Positions 34,750 to 49,257 are shown, counted from the first letter of the stretch. The stretch: DNA of 64,000 nucleotides from Azolla caroliniana (GCA_043228905.1 JBHGNT010000002.1:20460001-20524000); one strand, 5' to 3'. Notes: generated from the sequence alone by a model not told the origin. Translations and numbers: made by a program.

Positions 34750-37700
34750 TCAAACCGTGTAGGATTCTTGGATGGTTTCGATATCCAAACCTTTCATTTT
34801 CACCACAGACTCGACATGGCCTTTCAAAGTATGCACTTCTCGGAGTCTACATCAGCAAACAATATATGCAAATTTTGAAGTATATAAGCATTCATATATG
34901 TATGCGGTGCACATGGAAGTAAAGCATCATAATGCCAATTTGAAAGTATATCCTAAAATTATAATATTTCGTTTAAATATATACGATAATATATTTACTT
35001 ACCGTAACATTTCATCACAATACATATCAATCTACATATGAAAAGGAAAACACAAGACTCTTACCTTGAGACATTTTGTCGAAGCATTTATACACAACAA
35101 GATATATACATACATACATACATACATACATACATGCATATATATATATATATTACCAATGAGTCAATGACATACATGAATACAAATGAAAACGAAGACA
35201 CTCTTAGCTTGAGGCATAGTTTCATCGAAGCATATATATGTACACACATGAAAATGCGTAGAATCGTTACCTTAAAACATCATCAAAATATATACATCAA
35301 TATGTAAATATGCACACAAATTAAAATGTATGGAACCCTTACCTTGAGACAATTCATCATCATAAGTATATATACATCGATGTATAAATATGCACACAAA
35401 TGAAAACCCATAGAACCCTTACCTTCATACATTTTATTGAACTATATGTTTAGATATTGAACAGAAATGGAGACTCCTTATCTCAGAGACATTTCATCAA
35501 AATATATACCAGCAAATGAAAACCCATAGACATTTGTCATCTGGGTGGAAAATCATATCCCAAACACAAATTTGAGAAGACATGATGATCCATACCTCGA
35601 CATTTCAGCACGCCGCCACGCAGATTCTGCAATTTCCGGGCCATCATATGTGGTGGAATTCTCGGTGTTTGCTGATTTGTTAGTCACCTCAAGCCCATGT
35701 AATGTCCTCTGTTCCCGAGCCCACTCCCTCATTTTTGCCTCTTTCCCATGGTTTTTCTGCCTGGTAAATGCAGTCTACACACGAAAGAAGGGTTCGATTT
35801 CATCAGTTATACAATGCACATATAATATTGTCATCATATACATTCTAATCAGTTAGAAGGTATCAAATAATTTTTAAATGGGTTTAAACATCACTGTTTT
35901 AGACATAAATTCCACACTACTTGTAGAACGTTTTAGCTGCAACGTTTTTTGTGATTTTTTTTGGGATGAAATCACATTTTGTTACCTTCTCTTAGTTATA
36001 AAAAAACACAGAGTTTTTCATTATTAATTCACCATTAACTCTTTGTGGTTAACTGCTTTTTGTATATGAATGGTTCACACCTTGCACATGCATTTTCTTT
36101 TGCAGGAGTTCGTTATTGTTTTCTTTCACCAAAATATTTCGATAGTCATATATTTCTTTTGAAGTAATAAATTCAGCATAGTTTTTAGTTTTTGTTTTTC
36201 CTTGAGAAAAAGAAAAAAAGCTTTGATTCTCATTCACACCTTTCGTTCCAGGAGGAGATCCCATGATTTGCCACTGAGGATGTAACGCACCCCAAACTTG
36301 ATGATGTCAAGAGGGAAGTAGAATATCACGCTATAAAGCCAGATGACACCGGCCCATCCCCATCCAATTCCTTTTATATCTGCAAAGCCCCAATTCGCGT
36401 ATACTGCGATTAATGTCGCAACCTGTTTCATTACATTTTTTGCTACACGTTAATGACAGAAAATATAATTATTTTGAGTGTGTGATGTCTGAAGATTGAT
36501 CTCTGTGATTAGTTGTGATGTCTCAAGCGGCGAAAAACATTTATAAAAAAAGATAGATGGTTAGCTTATAAAAGTTAGCAGGAACAGATAGTTCTTTAAG
36601 AAAATCAAGGAATCTGGAGAACTCACAGAGTATTAAGTCATTATGGATCATTTATATCCCATTTAAAACCCTCGAAACATTGAGTTAATTTTCAGCTTCT
36701 ATAGCATTTTTGTCCAGCTCTCACAAGGGCTAGATAAATTCTTGGTTTTCATGAAATTATTCAAAAATGTTGACACCAAAAATATGACCCGTTATGTATA
36801 TATTTTCTTCTAGAAAAAAAGGTTGCCGGTATAGATGGTAATGGCCAAGACATTAAATAAAGAAAACGATATAAAATTTGGAGTTCAAAAGAAAACGGAA
36901 GGGAGAAAGGTTAAACTTTGTTTATTGCTAAATTGGTAAGCTTCAGAATAGTGATTGGATCTCAAATACAAAACATAGATGACAAAAATTGAATTTGGAT
37001 GAACCCTTGTATCATGAAAAACAAAGAAGACATAAATGCATTATTTAAAAAGGAATCAGAGGAATATATTTAAGAAATGATGTTACCAGTTGTGCCATAG
37101 CAAATGCAACCAGAAGCAGCACACCGGGCCGTTCGATAAAAGACCAGCTTCTAGATCTAGTAACAAAAATGAGTGCTTGGCTAACAATGCTCACTTGCAA
37201 ATACACCGCAGCAGTAAGTTTGGCAGGGTCTTTACTTATGTCTTCAACCGAAAATTTATCCTGCAAGTAAATTTTGCATAAAACTCTATATATTCAGCCT
37301 CGAGTTTTACACATTAATGGAATTTGAAGCTACAATGTGTATACAAAAAACAAAGAATGAATGAATTTATTTAGGCCACATTTGCTCTGCATACAAAGCA
37401 AAGCATGAGGCTTTTTAATCCCATTGCATGTAAGAGGGAGATCACTTACATTAAAGAATGTTGTCTTAGCAGCTGCCCAATAGAAGATCACAGTCATAAT
37501 GGCCAGATAAGTACCGATAATGACACCTGTGGTGAAAATCTCTTTAAGTTTCCAGCTGTCTGGTAATGGGGATGGTTTAACCCTGTCTTTAGATATTGTC
37601 ATTATGGTTCCTGAATGAGCAGAGGGTGAGAAAGTTACAGTTGTATTTTGCAAATAATGTTTTTTTTATCATGTAAGTGTATGATGATGAGTCAAAGGTC

Positions 37701-40700
37701 AGTCTCTTTCAGTTACTAACCATCGTTCAAGATGGCAATGACAAGGACCATGAAAGGTGAGAAGTCGAATTTCCAAATCAAGGCAAGCAGCATGAAGCCC
37801 AACTATATTCACACCAAAAGGATAGCAATGTTAAAACCCCTAGATAGGTAAGGCATAAATGCAGAACTTCTGGAATTTTTTTAAATATTAAAACCTCCAA
37901 CAATTTTGAAACATAAAAGATAAAAAAATCCTGTGATAAGGACTGAAAAACTTACCACTACACGAATAGTGATTGAGACAGCATATATCTGGAACACATT
38001 TTCAAGATGATTGTAAGATAGGAGTGCCTACACAATGGTTTACCTCAAAAGTGGTAGAATGCTTACAGTATAATTTTTCATCCTTTGGAAGATCGCTCGG
38101 CTGGTGAGGACAGCACTAATGATAACACTTAACCCAGGTTCTGTTAGCACGATATCAGATGCACTCCTTGCAGCATCAGTCGCATCAGCAACTGCAATTC
38201 CTATGTCTGCCTTCTTCAATGCAGGAGCATCATTCACGCCATCACCAGTCATCCCACAAATATGTTTCATCTCTTGTAACCGCTTCACTATCTCATACTT
38301 GTGTTCTGACCGTTCAAAAAATAAATGGAAAAAAGAGATTTGCTTTTATCCCAAATACATTCAATACTTCATTCAAACCTAGTTTCAATATATTATTATA
38401 ATTGTAACTTAGTATTTATTGCATCAATCATAGTGTTTGCTTCATATAAAAAGTCATTGACACTGAAGCTTATAATCTACCTGGGAATACTCCAGCAAAT
38501 CCATCAGCTTTCTCGATTAGCTCATCAACAGGAATAGATGCTAGAGAAATGTCTTTATTTTGCCCCAACAAAGAGGACGATGGATACATATTCGAGCCCA
38601 TACCCAGTCTCCTGCCAGTTTCTTTTGCGATTGCCAATTGATCACCTACAAGTTCAAACATCCTCAAATCATTAAATACTAACTTCACTTGTTTACACAA
38701 AACAACAAAAGAAAACAGTTACATCTTATAAATACCTGTTATCATTTTGACATTCACTCCAAGCTGCAAAGCTCGACTGATGGTCTCTGCACTATCGACT
38801 CGTGGAGGATCAAATAAAGGCAATAAGCCGCAGAACTCCCATATACCCCCTTCACTGTCCTTGGACTTTTCAGGTACTTCCTATATTGTATACAATAATA
38901 CCATACATTCATTCATATCAACGTTCTTAGTTATTCTTTGCCAATTTGATAGTCAGCAATATATCCATGGCAACCCTACCTGCCGTGCCACACCCAAGGA
39001 GCGAAGTCCTCTCTCAGCAAACTTATCGATAACAGCATGTACTTTTGGTTCGATTTCTGACCTGTTGTGGGCTAAAGCCAAAATCTATGATACAAACAAC
39101 AAAGGTCCTTGATATATATATATATATGCTAACTCCTGAATGGGTGAAATAAGACAAACTTTCCAACAAAAAACATCATACATTAAGAGAATACCTGCTC
39201 TGGGGCACCTTTACTAGCTCTGTACCAGCATCCTTCTGCATCAATGTATGTGAGGGCGGTTCTCTTGTCCACAGGATTAAATGGAAGAAAGTGTACCTCT
39301 GTAATATTCGCACGAGCCTGGCATTAAAATAAATGCAAAAATTATTCAACACAATGCATTAGCAATAAAGAAGAATAACTGTCAGTGATTTTACATAATT
39401 TCAAATCTAAGCACAATGATTGATGAAACTTTTAATTGCCATTCCTTAGTGATTTCTATGGATGACTTCAACACGACACTAATAGTGGATGCAACACATG
39501 TTTTTCTCACTCCAGATGCTGATGATTGGATGGAAGTTTTAATGCCCTAAAGAGCAGTGAATAGATTCCCACAAAGCCTAGTCAGAACACCTTGTATAGA
39601 TTTAAACGTTGAACTGTACCTCCTTGGGATCTGATAGCATCCCAACCACTGCTGTGTCTATGGCATCCTGGTTCTCCATCCTCGAGGCTCTCGCAGCCAA
39701 AAGAATGACAGTTTCCTTGTCCAGATCTCTTGAGAAAACCTGTCAATAACAAAATTGATTACTACAATTTCGATAGAAATTTAAGAGAAAAATATTTACT
39801 GAGTTTTGACAAAAACGATCATCTAAAACACTCACCTCTATCAAATTTTTGTCAACTGAAAGCTTGTTCAGTGTTAGAGTCCCTGTTTTGTCACTGCAAA
39901 GAACATCCATCCCAGCCATCTCTTCTATTGCAGTCATTCGCTTTGTAATAGCACCCTGTAACATGGTAGTTTCAGCACCAAATACACTCCTGACCCTCCC
40001 ATGCAAGAAAGAGGTAGCAACTACTCAATGGAAGAAAAATGGAAAAGGAAATGAAAGATATAGAAACCTGTTGTGAAAGACGATGTGATCCAATGGCCAT
40101 TGTGACTGACAGCACTGTAGGCATAGCTATGGGGATTCCTCCAATAAGAAGTACCAGCAAGTTGTTGATTCCCACTCGGTATGGTCGACGTTGGACAGGA
40201 TACATTATAATGATCTCAATTATTATCCCTATTGCAATAGAGCAAATGCAAAAGTTACCTATGGCTGTTAGAACCTGCAAAACAAGTCAAGAACAACGTG
40301 AACATAGTATTTCAGTAGTAGATACAAAATTCAGGGTTTAGGATTTTTTCACATTGAGATCTTCACCTTCTGAAAGTGACCAACTTGGTTAGTTGAATCA
40401 ACAAGATGGGCAGCTTTACCAAAGAAGGTATGCACTCCTGTTGCTATAACCACTGCTTCAATCTCTCCTTGTTTACAAGTCGAACCTGAAAACACTTCAT
40501 CTCCGGGATTTTTTGTAACAGGTAGAGACTCTCCTGTAAGAGCAGACTATACATATAAACACAAGATATCAGCAAGCTTCACATCACTTAGGACAATCAA
40601 TCTCTCTCTCTCTCTCCAGTTAACACCAATGATCTTAATTCAACTAACCTGATCGATTTTAAGTGGATCTCCTTCTAACAAACGTGCATCCGCTGGAACA

Positions 40701-42389
40701 ATGTCACCCAATTTGATACTTATGATATCACCAGGCACAAGGATGGATGCATCTTGTTCACTCCAATGACCATCTCGAAGCACCTTTGCAGAAGTAAAGA
40801 AGGTATTACGTGCTAAAGCACAAAATTTGAAAGCATTGCCTCTATATAGTTTACCAAATACTGGGATTTTTAGAATTCTTTCAATACACAACCATGATGG
40901 TATAGGTATCAAAACTTATGTTTGGAACCTTAAGGTTGTGGGTTCAAGACTTGGGCAATGGGTTTGATGTTATGTTCATTAAAAACAAACTCATTTGAGA
41001 GCATTCACACACTATCAGTTTGCTCCAAAATGACATGATTTCACAACACAAGGCATTGACATAGTTTCCACAATACAAAGACTATAAATGATAGCATTAT
41101 CCTTTACAACACAAAACGCAAAACAATACAATAAGATGCCAGAACATGATAACACATAATGCAATAAGATTCCCAAACAACACAATGCTACATAATAGTC
41201 TATGCCTATAAGATCATCTAATATATGAGATTTAAACAGGTTTAATCTTGCTTCATACCTTCGTTTTCGGGGCCAACCTTGCCATCAGAGCAGCTGCTGC
41301 ATTGCCAGCATTATTCTCTTCTATGAAAGATATGGTGGAATTAATCAGGAGAAGAACAACAATACCAATAAAATCCTGCCAATCAGGAGGTTTAGCCTGG
41401 AAAACACAAGAATGCATCATGATAAGTTAGTTGGGACATCAAAAACCATGCAATGTTTCTTCCACTGTTTTACTCTTCCATACTAACAGACTAATAGTAC
41501 CTTCCCATTGACCTTTCCATTAGACAATGCAATTGCCATAATTGCTGCTGCTTCCATCACCCAAGACAGGGGATTCCACATAAATCCCAAAAACTTCAGA
41601 ATTTTGCTTTCCTGAGATGAAAAAAAAATTATAGTCTTGTAAAATATTCATCAAGTTAAAACATATGGCTATTTCTGATGCATATAATCATGATCAGATT
41701 GCCACTGGCAATGGCAAGGCAACATGAGAAGACATTAGGAAGATTTCTAACAAGCAAGGATCCAATATTATTACACTTCTCTCTTCTAGCTTGTTGAATC
41801 CAAAGATCTCAAGGCGACGTTTTCCATCTTCGGATGAAAGCCCTTCTTTGGTGCATTTCAGTTGCGCAAAAACTTCTTCCACCGGAATTCTCTCCTGAAA
41901 ACAAAATTCAATCCAAGTATCAATATAACAAATTATTTGATACAGAAACTTTGAGAGAAAGAATAAAGAACAAAATCCAAAATGGGGAAGAAACCATGAC
42001 ATTAATGGTAAAAAATCGAACACTAATCCTTAACATTAATGCAAAGAACTAGTGTTTGATAAAAGCATTGGCATAATATATGGCCCATAGAATAGAACCT
42101 TCAAATTTTGATAGTAATAAAAGAAGCGTTCAGTCGAAGCATGAAATCTATGGATCAATGATAGTAATAAAATTTTCAACCTTAAAAATCCTTAGAGTTT
42201 ATGTGAAAGAAAAAGGTTGGAAAGGGAAGAGAATGCATTGAAAAGAGAAGAAAACACGTGAATTCAAATTGGCTCGATTCGAACAAAAGAAGGCATTTCA
42301 AAGCGAGAGAAAGGAAAACACACCAGATCAACAGTTTCATTCTTGAGAGCGTTGAGAGCATTGAGGCCCTGCGCCCCCTCTGCTCCCAT
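34750..42389 (-). CDS. AHA: Plasma-membrane P3A-type H+-ATPase, penultimate-Thr type, about 20 exons
   Basis: First exon [13 protein letters not shown] (42389-42324). Motifs [62 protein letters not shown]. Last exon 34846-34750 is [32 protein letters not shown]. Confidence 0.96.
35036..35540 (-). repeat. Intronic minisatellite of 60-80 bp units in the last H+-ATPase intron
   Basis: About 7 units ATGAAAA..(C)TTACCTT(GAG)ACATTTCATC..ATATATA on the plus strand. Confidence 0.75.
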
Positions 42390-43169
42390 CCCGCTCAAGT
42401 TTGAAAGTGATTTCCTTGGTTTTTATTTTTCTTGCTAATTCAAAGAAGCTAGAACTCGATCGTTAGCTTCTGCTTTCTTCTTCCTGATCTAATGCTTTAC
42501 TTTGTTTTCTCTTCTTTTCATTCGAGAAGAAGAAGATGACAAGGATGATGACGATGATGACGATGATGATGGTAATGGCGATTTGAATCTAGTCTGTATT
42601 TATTTCTGCTTCTCTGTAGACGTGCAGAGAAGAAAGAATATACTCTAGGGGGAAAAAAAGTCAATATATACCTTCTTCTTGAACCCACCATAGCCCTCTC
42701 TGTCTATCCCTAATTTTCAACCATCAAATCTTCAAACTACAACTCTTAGGATTCCGTGAATATATTCATTCCTTCACGGATGAGAATTTGATCTGTCTAT
42801 ATTCGATCGTTTAATTTCCTTTCCTTTTTCCTTTTTCCTCCATTGTTTTTATCCATCTCCTTCTTTTAATTTTAATTCAAAAATCCCCCATCTTCTTGCT
42901 CTTCTTCTCCTGCTCCTTCGTCTATCATTTTCAGCCCCAGAAGGAGAAGAAAAGAAATCTCTCTCTCTCTCTCTCTCTGTGTTTTTACTCTGTTTCTCAA
43001 ATTGGGATTTAGCCTTTTTCAACTTCGACTCCATGGATTCTGGCGCCTTTTCCTGCATAAGAAGATATGCTCTTCTTCTCTTCGCCATGCTGGCGGCTTC
43101 TGCTTCTGCTCCATCATCACATATAAGCTTTTCTTCCATAGCTTTTTAGTTCTGATTTCTTTCTCCTCT

Positions 43170-43260
43170 TTTGCTTTTTGCTTTTCGCTCTCTCGCTGTT
43201 TCGCCTTTTGCTTTTTGCTTTTTGCTTTTCGCTTTTTGCTTTTTGCTTTTCGCTCTCTCG
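43170..43260. repeat. Pyrimidine-rich (GCTTTTT/GCTTTTC)n tract upstream of the H+-ATPase
   Basis: Direct heptamer repeats. Confidence 0.8.
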
Positions 43261-44168
43261 CTGTTTTCTGCTGCCCGCTTTTCCTGTTTTGAATTCTGCT
43301 TTTGTTTTTCGTGTTCTTTTTCTTTGTTCTTTTTTCTGTCTATTAAAAAGAAAAGAAAAACATAGCGTTTAAATTAAAAACGAAAATGGGAATTTATAAA
43401 AATAATAATAATATTTTTTTTTCCTCTCTTTTTTCTTATTTCATAAAAAAAAGGAATGATTTATTTCTTTTTCTTGTTTATTGTTTTTCATTCTATTTTC
43501 TTATACTATGCCATGGCAATAGTTTAATTATCAAATATATAAAAGTACCTATTAGGGTTTAGGAAATTTGTTTGCTTTCCATCGTCTCATTCCTGTGAAT
43601 TCTCGCCCCAACAATCATTATGTTTGTTTGGGAATTCAATGTAACCATCAGATGAGCGATACCTCATATCGTGGGCGAGAAATGAGAAATTGATGTGATT
43701 CAATGCCATGGGCGGGTAGTGTGAGCCGATCAATCCCAAGTCTTACTACCCTCGCTTAGTGCATGGAACAAAAAGGAGAAATTCATAGACTTATTCTTAA
43801 CACATATTAGCTGGGAGTTTAAATCTTTAACATTAGAAAAGTTATCAAAAACATGCACTCGGCCTATAGGGGTGTTTGTCATGCAAAGAGTATATATACG
43901 TCACAAAGGTCTAGCATTATTCGTGATCATAAATTGCCAAAACATGCTTGGAACAATATATAGCGCATGATACAGATAAATTGATAAAGAGCTAAATTTC
44001 CTCCATTGGTTGGGGGTGCTTGACATGCTGAAATGCTTTAAAAGATGGGGAGTAAGAATATCTATTGGAGCTAGGTTATGCAATGAAGTATGTATGTGGT
44101 CATTGATCATAGATTACTAAAGGAATCAAGGATGAAGTCGCAATATGCTAAAATGTCTAGCTTGGAAC

Positions 44169-44410
44169 TAGCAATCGGCAATGGTTCGGTTTGAACCAAA
44201 CAGAACCCCAAAACCGCGACTTAACGACTAAACCATTTAAACATTTCGGTTCAGGTTCAAGTTTTTTTAACAGTTTGGTTTCGATTCGGTTCGATTTGAG
44301 TGGTCAATAATTCAATTTGGTTCAGTTCAAACGGTTTGAAACCGTGGTTCAAACGATTAAAATGGTGTAAGGTTGTCACTTGATTCTTTTTTCTTAAATA
44401 TTTTCTTAAA
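44169..44410. mobile_element. Truncated MITE of the AACCG-rich family
   Basis: Left TIR TAGCAATCGGCAATGGTTCGG; no right TIR seen. Confidence 0.6.
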
Positions 44411-44812
44411 ATGGTTGTCCCATATGTACATAGATCACGTATTTGGCACATCCCCTAACACACAAGAGCTTCTCTTACACATGTCATATTTTTCGCCTCC
44501 TTCTATGATGGCATTTCCTATCGTTGTTTTTTATTTCTAGCTTTCCTCCCACGTGGACATTAAAAAATTCACCATCCTCATCTTTTTTATTCCAATGGTC
44601 GTACCCTATCATGTTTATACCCCCCCTTATACTTTGTTTTTGTTTTTTTTTTCCAAAAACTTATACTTTGTTTTTATTCTTGACATCCCTCCCATGCGAA
44701 TATTAAAGAGATTGTCGTCCTCATCTTGTTTATTATTGCAAGTGTCTTACTTTTGAAAGTTTATACTTTTACACAACTTCGTTACCCCATATATCGCTTC
44801 TCCTAAAGTAGA

Positions 44813-45372
44813 TTGCAATCGGCAATGGTTCGGTTTGAACCGAACTAAAATGCAAATTTGTGGCTTAATAGTTTAAACAATTTGGTTAGTTTAAATGGTT
44901 TAGGGTTGCCACTTAATTAATTTCTTAAATAATTTTTTGAACAACCTTTTCATTTTCAAGCCAAATTCTCACATTTTAGGAAAATCTTTAAATTTTGAAA
45001 TATTGAAAAAATTTAAATTTGAATTTTTGAATTTTTTTCTAGCTTGAAAACTGAAACTGGATCATGAAATTGTGGTTTTAATAGTTTAACGGTTTGGATT
45101 TTTTGTAATAGTTCGATTAAAATGGTTTTGTGGTTCGGTTTGGTTTAAGTTTCAAAATCTTTAAATTTTGAGATATTGAATTTTTTAATTTTGATCTAGC
45201 TTGAAAACCAAAACCAGACCATGAAACCGTGGTTTTAACAGTTTAACGGTTTGAATTTTTTGTAACAGTTTAGTTTAAATGGTTCTGAGGTTCGGCTCAA
45301 TTTAAGTTTCAAAAATTTTAAACAGTTTAAGTTTGACACTCTCAAACATAACTGAACTATTGCCCATTGTTA
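44813..45372. mobile_element. hAT-type MITE
   Basis: TIR TTGCAATCGGCAAT..ATTGCCCATTGTTA; perfect 8-bp TSD AAAGTAGA (44805-44812, 45373-45380). Confidence 0.85.
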
Positions 45373-46439
45373 AAAGTAGACCCTTAAAACTCCAAACAAT
45401 TCACCTTATGAGATTTTCAAAATGTTGTAATGCGATCATTACCTTGCCAAAGTCAAAGCTCGATTCATTACCACCTATGTTTTGACTACTTGAGTTGTTG
45501 ACATACACTTTTAGCCCAATTTATAAGAGAGGACAGAAAATTAAGACAAACCATTGCCAAAGTCAACAATTGACATTTATAACAAATGATTCCATAAACA
45601 TGAGTGGGTGGCAAAGAGGCTCGTGAAAGAATGGGAAATTTAAAAGTTCATCATGTGGTGGTCGCAACATGTGTTTGAGATGTGGTGGCATTCCCATGTT
45701 CTGTTTAGAGCTAAGTTCTTCTTTTAGAGGGTTATGGTTAGGGGATTACCCATTGTAATTGCTTTTAAGAAGATGAATATTGGTTATGGATTGTGTTTCT
45801 TTTGCACTATGTCATTAGAACATAGTAATCATCATTGTATAACTTGTCTATCTCTATATCTATTTGGACATTGAGATGTGCAATGCAGGTTTCTATTATG
45901 GGGGTTTGGAAAACCAGTTTCCAAAGCTCAAATTGGTGTTGGTTCTTCCACATTTTAAAATAGTTTTTCATTTATTGAGATACTAGGGCTTATGGCATAT
46001 TTGGAAGATGCGGAAGGCCTTTGTAGTTGATGCACAAGTAGGCATGCCAAATACATATTAGATGATTAAAAGGCAAGTTTTGATGTTGCACATTAGGAAC
46101 TCCAAATATGTGTTTTGGTTCTTCACCATATATTAAATCATTTGTTGGGCCTGTTGACAAATAGTGTTATAGGTGTAAATGAGCCCATATGGATTTGTAT
46201 AATCTCTTGGTATCAAGTTCTTTATGGTTTATTGTCCATAGTTATTGAGAGAGAGAGAGAGTTTTATTATCGTCAAAAACTACATATGAGACTATATACA
46301 ATAATAAAAATTAAAGTAGAGAGAGACTCACACAAAGACATAGACATAGATTTGGGAGACGTGGTCAATAATTTGAAGATGCCAAGTGATGGTTATGTAT
46401 TTTGGGGAAATTACAATATATACCATTGTTACATGGATC

Positions 46440-46670
46440 TTTGCCAATGAAAACAAATGTTGCGCCTTGGATGGATTGGCAGTTAAGGATGACACATGCT
46501 TGTACAAGTCACTACAAATATATTGTATCATTCAAGCTATTTTGGTAGCAAATTAGCCATAAGGTGGTCCCCGTTTGCAAATGGATAGGTAAACAAGCAG
46601 GTTGGACAACTTGCCCACTTTGCTCTACACCTATTGAGACTCTTAGACATTGTTTTTTGGGATTGGCCCC
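46440..46670 (+). mobile_element. LINE zf-RVT fragment
   Basis: FKLFW*QISHKVVPVCKWIGKQAGWTTCPLCSTPIETLRHCF matches IKLFWWQIGHNVILVGEWLGKRGGPIGCPLCSSPIDSLRHCL of the LINE at 57 kb. Confidence 0.75.
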
Positions 46671-47244
46671 ATGCACACTAGTTGTGCATGAATAGTTTTT
46701 TCTAAAATATATATGTGAGGATAAGCTAATTCCATAATTATATCACTCATGATATGTTAGTACAATGGTAAGGCTTGAAATTGTTAACATGGAGGAACTT
46801 ACATTTTAACATTTTCTTCTATTGCCTCATACTTATTCAATTGGGTACTCCTTATGCTTCCATGTAGTGTACAAAGTACACTACGACACTCGCCCCCTCC
46901 GAACTTGCACATCCTCTTATATGTGTCAAAGTTGTTAGTGCTTGTTATTCTCCTTCATTCATAGAACCCTCCGTTTCTCCAGCTCTGTCGACCGTTAATT
47001 CCAACCCGCTTTCTTTGCTTTCCGCACCTCCATGATCCATGTCCACTTGTTCCTCAGTGTCAATGTTATCTAAAGTTATGTAGGGCTCCGCGTCACTTCA
47101 CTTCTTGAAAATCTTCACCCTCTTTCTTGCTATAGGCACCCATAATATTGTTCCATCCAACTTGCATAGTCGGTAAGTTCTGTTGTTGAATACTTTTTGA
47201 ACCACCTTTGAGCGAATTTCCGTATTGAGCTATGTTGATGATCC

Positions 47245-47356
47245 TGTTGGGAACTAAGGTCGTCAATGCGAAAACATCAACAACACTTTGAGATGAAGAT
47301 CACCGAGTGCACAAGATGGAGGCAAGATCAGATAACAGAATGAGAGAGAGAGAGAG

Positions 47357-47393
<37 letters not shown>

Positions 47394-49257
47394 GAGGCAC
47401 ACAATGTAACCATTGTTATTTGGAATAGTTACAATCATAGATTGACACATGCGTGATATTCGTCATATTCTCCATGCATGATATTCTCAATATTCGAGAA
47501 TACAAAATGGCCCCACAAATATTATAAAACCATTCGTTTTACAAAATAAATATATAAAATATTGATTAATTCATTTTTTTATTTAAATAAATTTAATTCG
47601 TTAAAAAAATAACAATCATTCATTAATAGATTATAAACATACGATTAGTATTAACTCTCCTTTATAGTGTCAAATAAAAAATGGGGAAGTTTATGAACCT
47701 TTATTTTAATTAATTAATTTAAAAAAACGAATATTTGTGTATTTATTATAGAAATATGATTAGTATGAAGTCCAATTTTTAATGTCAAAATAAAAATATC
47801 CATAAATTTTGAGAGAATTAAAACTGAGGAATTAATGACCCTTTATTTAATTTAATTTATTTATTATAAAAATTTATTAGTGTCAAGTCCCTCTTTTAAT
47901 GTCTCTTTTTATTGTGAAGTCCCTTTTTTTTATCCTAAGAAACTAAAAAAGGAGGGAGTTCTTGTCCTCTTTTTATTTTTTATTTTTTTGGGTTAAATGA
48001 ATACTTGACCATGCATTCGTATGCGTATTCGTTTGCATTCTTTTGAGAGAATAAAAACTGAGGAATTAATGACCCTTTATTTTATTTAATTTATTTATTA
48101 TAAAAATTTATTAGTGTCAAGTCCCTCTTTTAATGTCTCTTTTTATTGTGAAGTCCCTTTTTTTTATCCTAAGAAACTAAAAAAGGAGGGAGTTCTTGTC
48201 CTCTTTTTATTTTTTATTTTTTTGGGTTAAATGAATACTTGACCATGCATTCGTATGCGTATTCGTTTGCATTCGAATGGGAAACCCCACGAATACGAAT
48301 ATGTCAATCTATGGTTACAATACAATGGAGGCAAGAGCTCTCTAACAATAGCAACAACAACAACAACCTTACAAACTAGGTTACGAAGCCCATTATATAC
48401 TAATAGGGCGAGGACAACTATCCTTTGACATATTCAGCCTCGGGTTGTTGATGTAGTAGTGCACTCCTGGAGTTTCGATTTCCACGAGATCACTCCATTG
48501 CCGAATTTTGAAGCAATATACGGTTGTCGATTTTCGATTATCCACACAACAAGCAAAGTTCGAGTTGGTGTATCCGACTACGCCTGAATTATCATTCGGA
48601 CCGAATAGGATGCCCTGACAGCGAGCTGACACAAGTACCGGGGGGATTTGTTTATCTTCGATTTCGAGTATTGGTTTCTCTGTTAGGATTTAGTCCCTTT
48701 TTGGGGAGTTTAGGGTTAGGGTTTGGTCGATAGGTTCTCTGTTTTCTTTGTAGACTACTGTGCAAGGCCTCAACTCGCAATTGTGAGCCCGAGAGCTCCC
48801 CGACTGGAGGCTTGCCTGTAGATACTCGTTGTATCCAATTTGTTTTGGTTCGACTTGAAGTCGAGGTGTAATCAACTATTTTATGTATATGCTTTTAGTT
48901 GTGCATAACGTGTCGCGTTTTGTGTTAGATGTTTGTCATGCTTTCTCTCTTGTCGGTTTCTGTGTATTAGTGTTTCTCTCTCTCTCTCTCTCTATCGATT
49001 TCTTATCCAGCGTCGTGGTAGTCAAAAGGGAGGCCAATACAGTTGTAAAGCATAGGTCAGGGCCATGGGGGCCCATCTGAATGATCAAAAGGCGATCCGG
49101 TTTGACCGACCTGGAAGGACGAATGAGAGACAACTAGCCAAACCAAACAAAACTGACAAGCAACCACCACAGAGAGACGACGACTAGGCCAAAGCCTTAG
49201 TCGGGGTAATCAATACTAACAAAGCCTAGTTACCCATCGACATCCTCTCCGGTCTGA
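47245..49257. mobile_element. Composite insertion containing copia RT/RNase H remnant and LTR-like sequence
   Basis: Starts TGTTGGG. Minus-strand GYTNSNFACCVDNRKSTT..ISWKSKLQ near 48430-48620. GATCC at both junctions. Confidence 0.55.
47436..48313. mobile_element. hAT-type MITE with internal ~235-bp tandem duplication
   Basis: TIR CATAGATTGACA..TGTCAATCTATG; perfect 8-bp TSD GTTACAAT (47428-47435, 48314-48321). Confidence 0.9.

Noticed and set aside
40890-40960. tRNA/SINE-like fragment (GGTTCAAGAC) in an H+-ATPase intron
   Set aside because: Only a B-box-like word with a weak A box, and no TSD or tail.
42849-43139. 96-aa ORF upstream of the H+-ATPase as a gene or conserved uORF
   Set aside because: Low-complexity purine-rich sequence with no recognisable motif; cannot be supported without transcripts.
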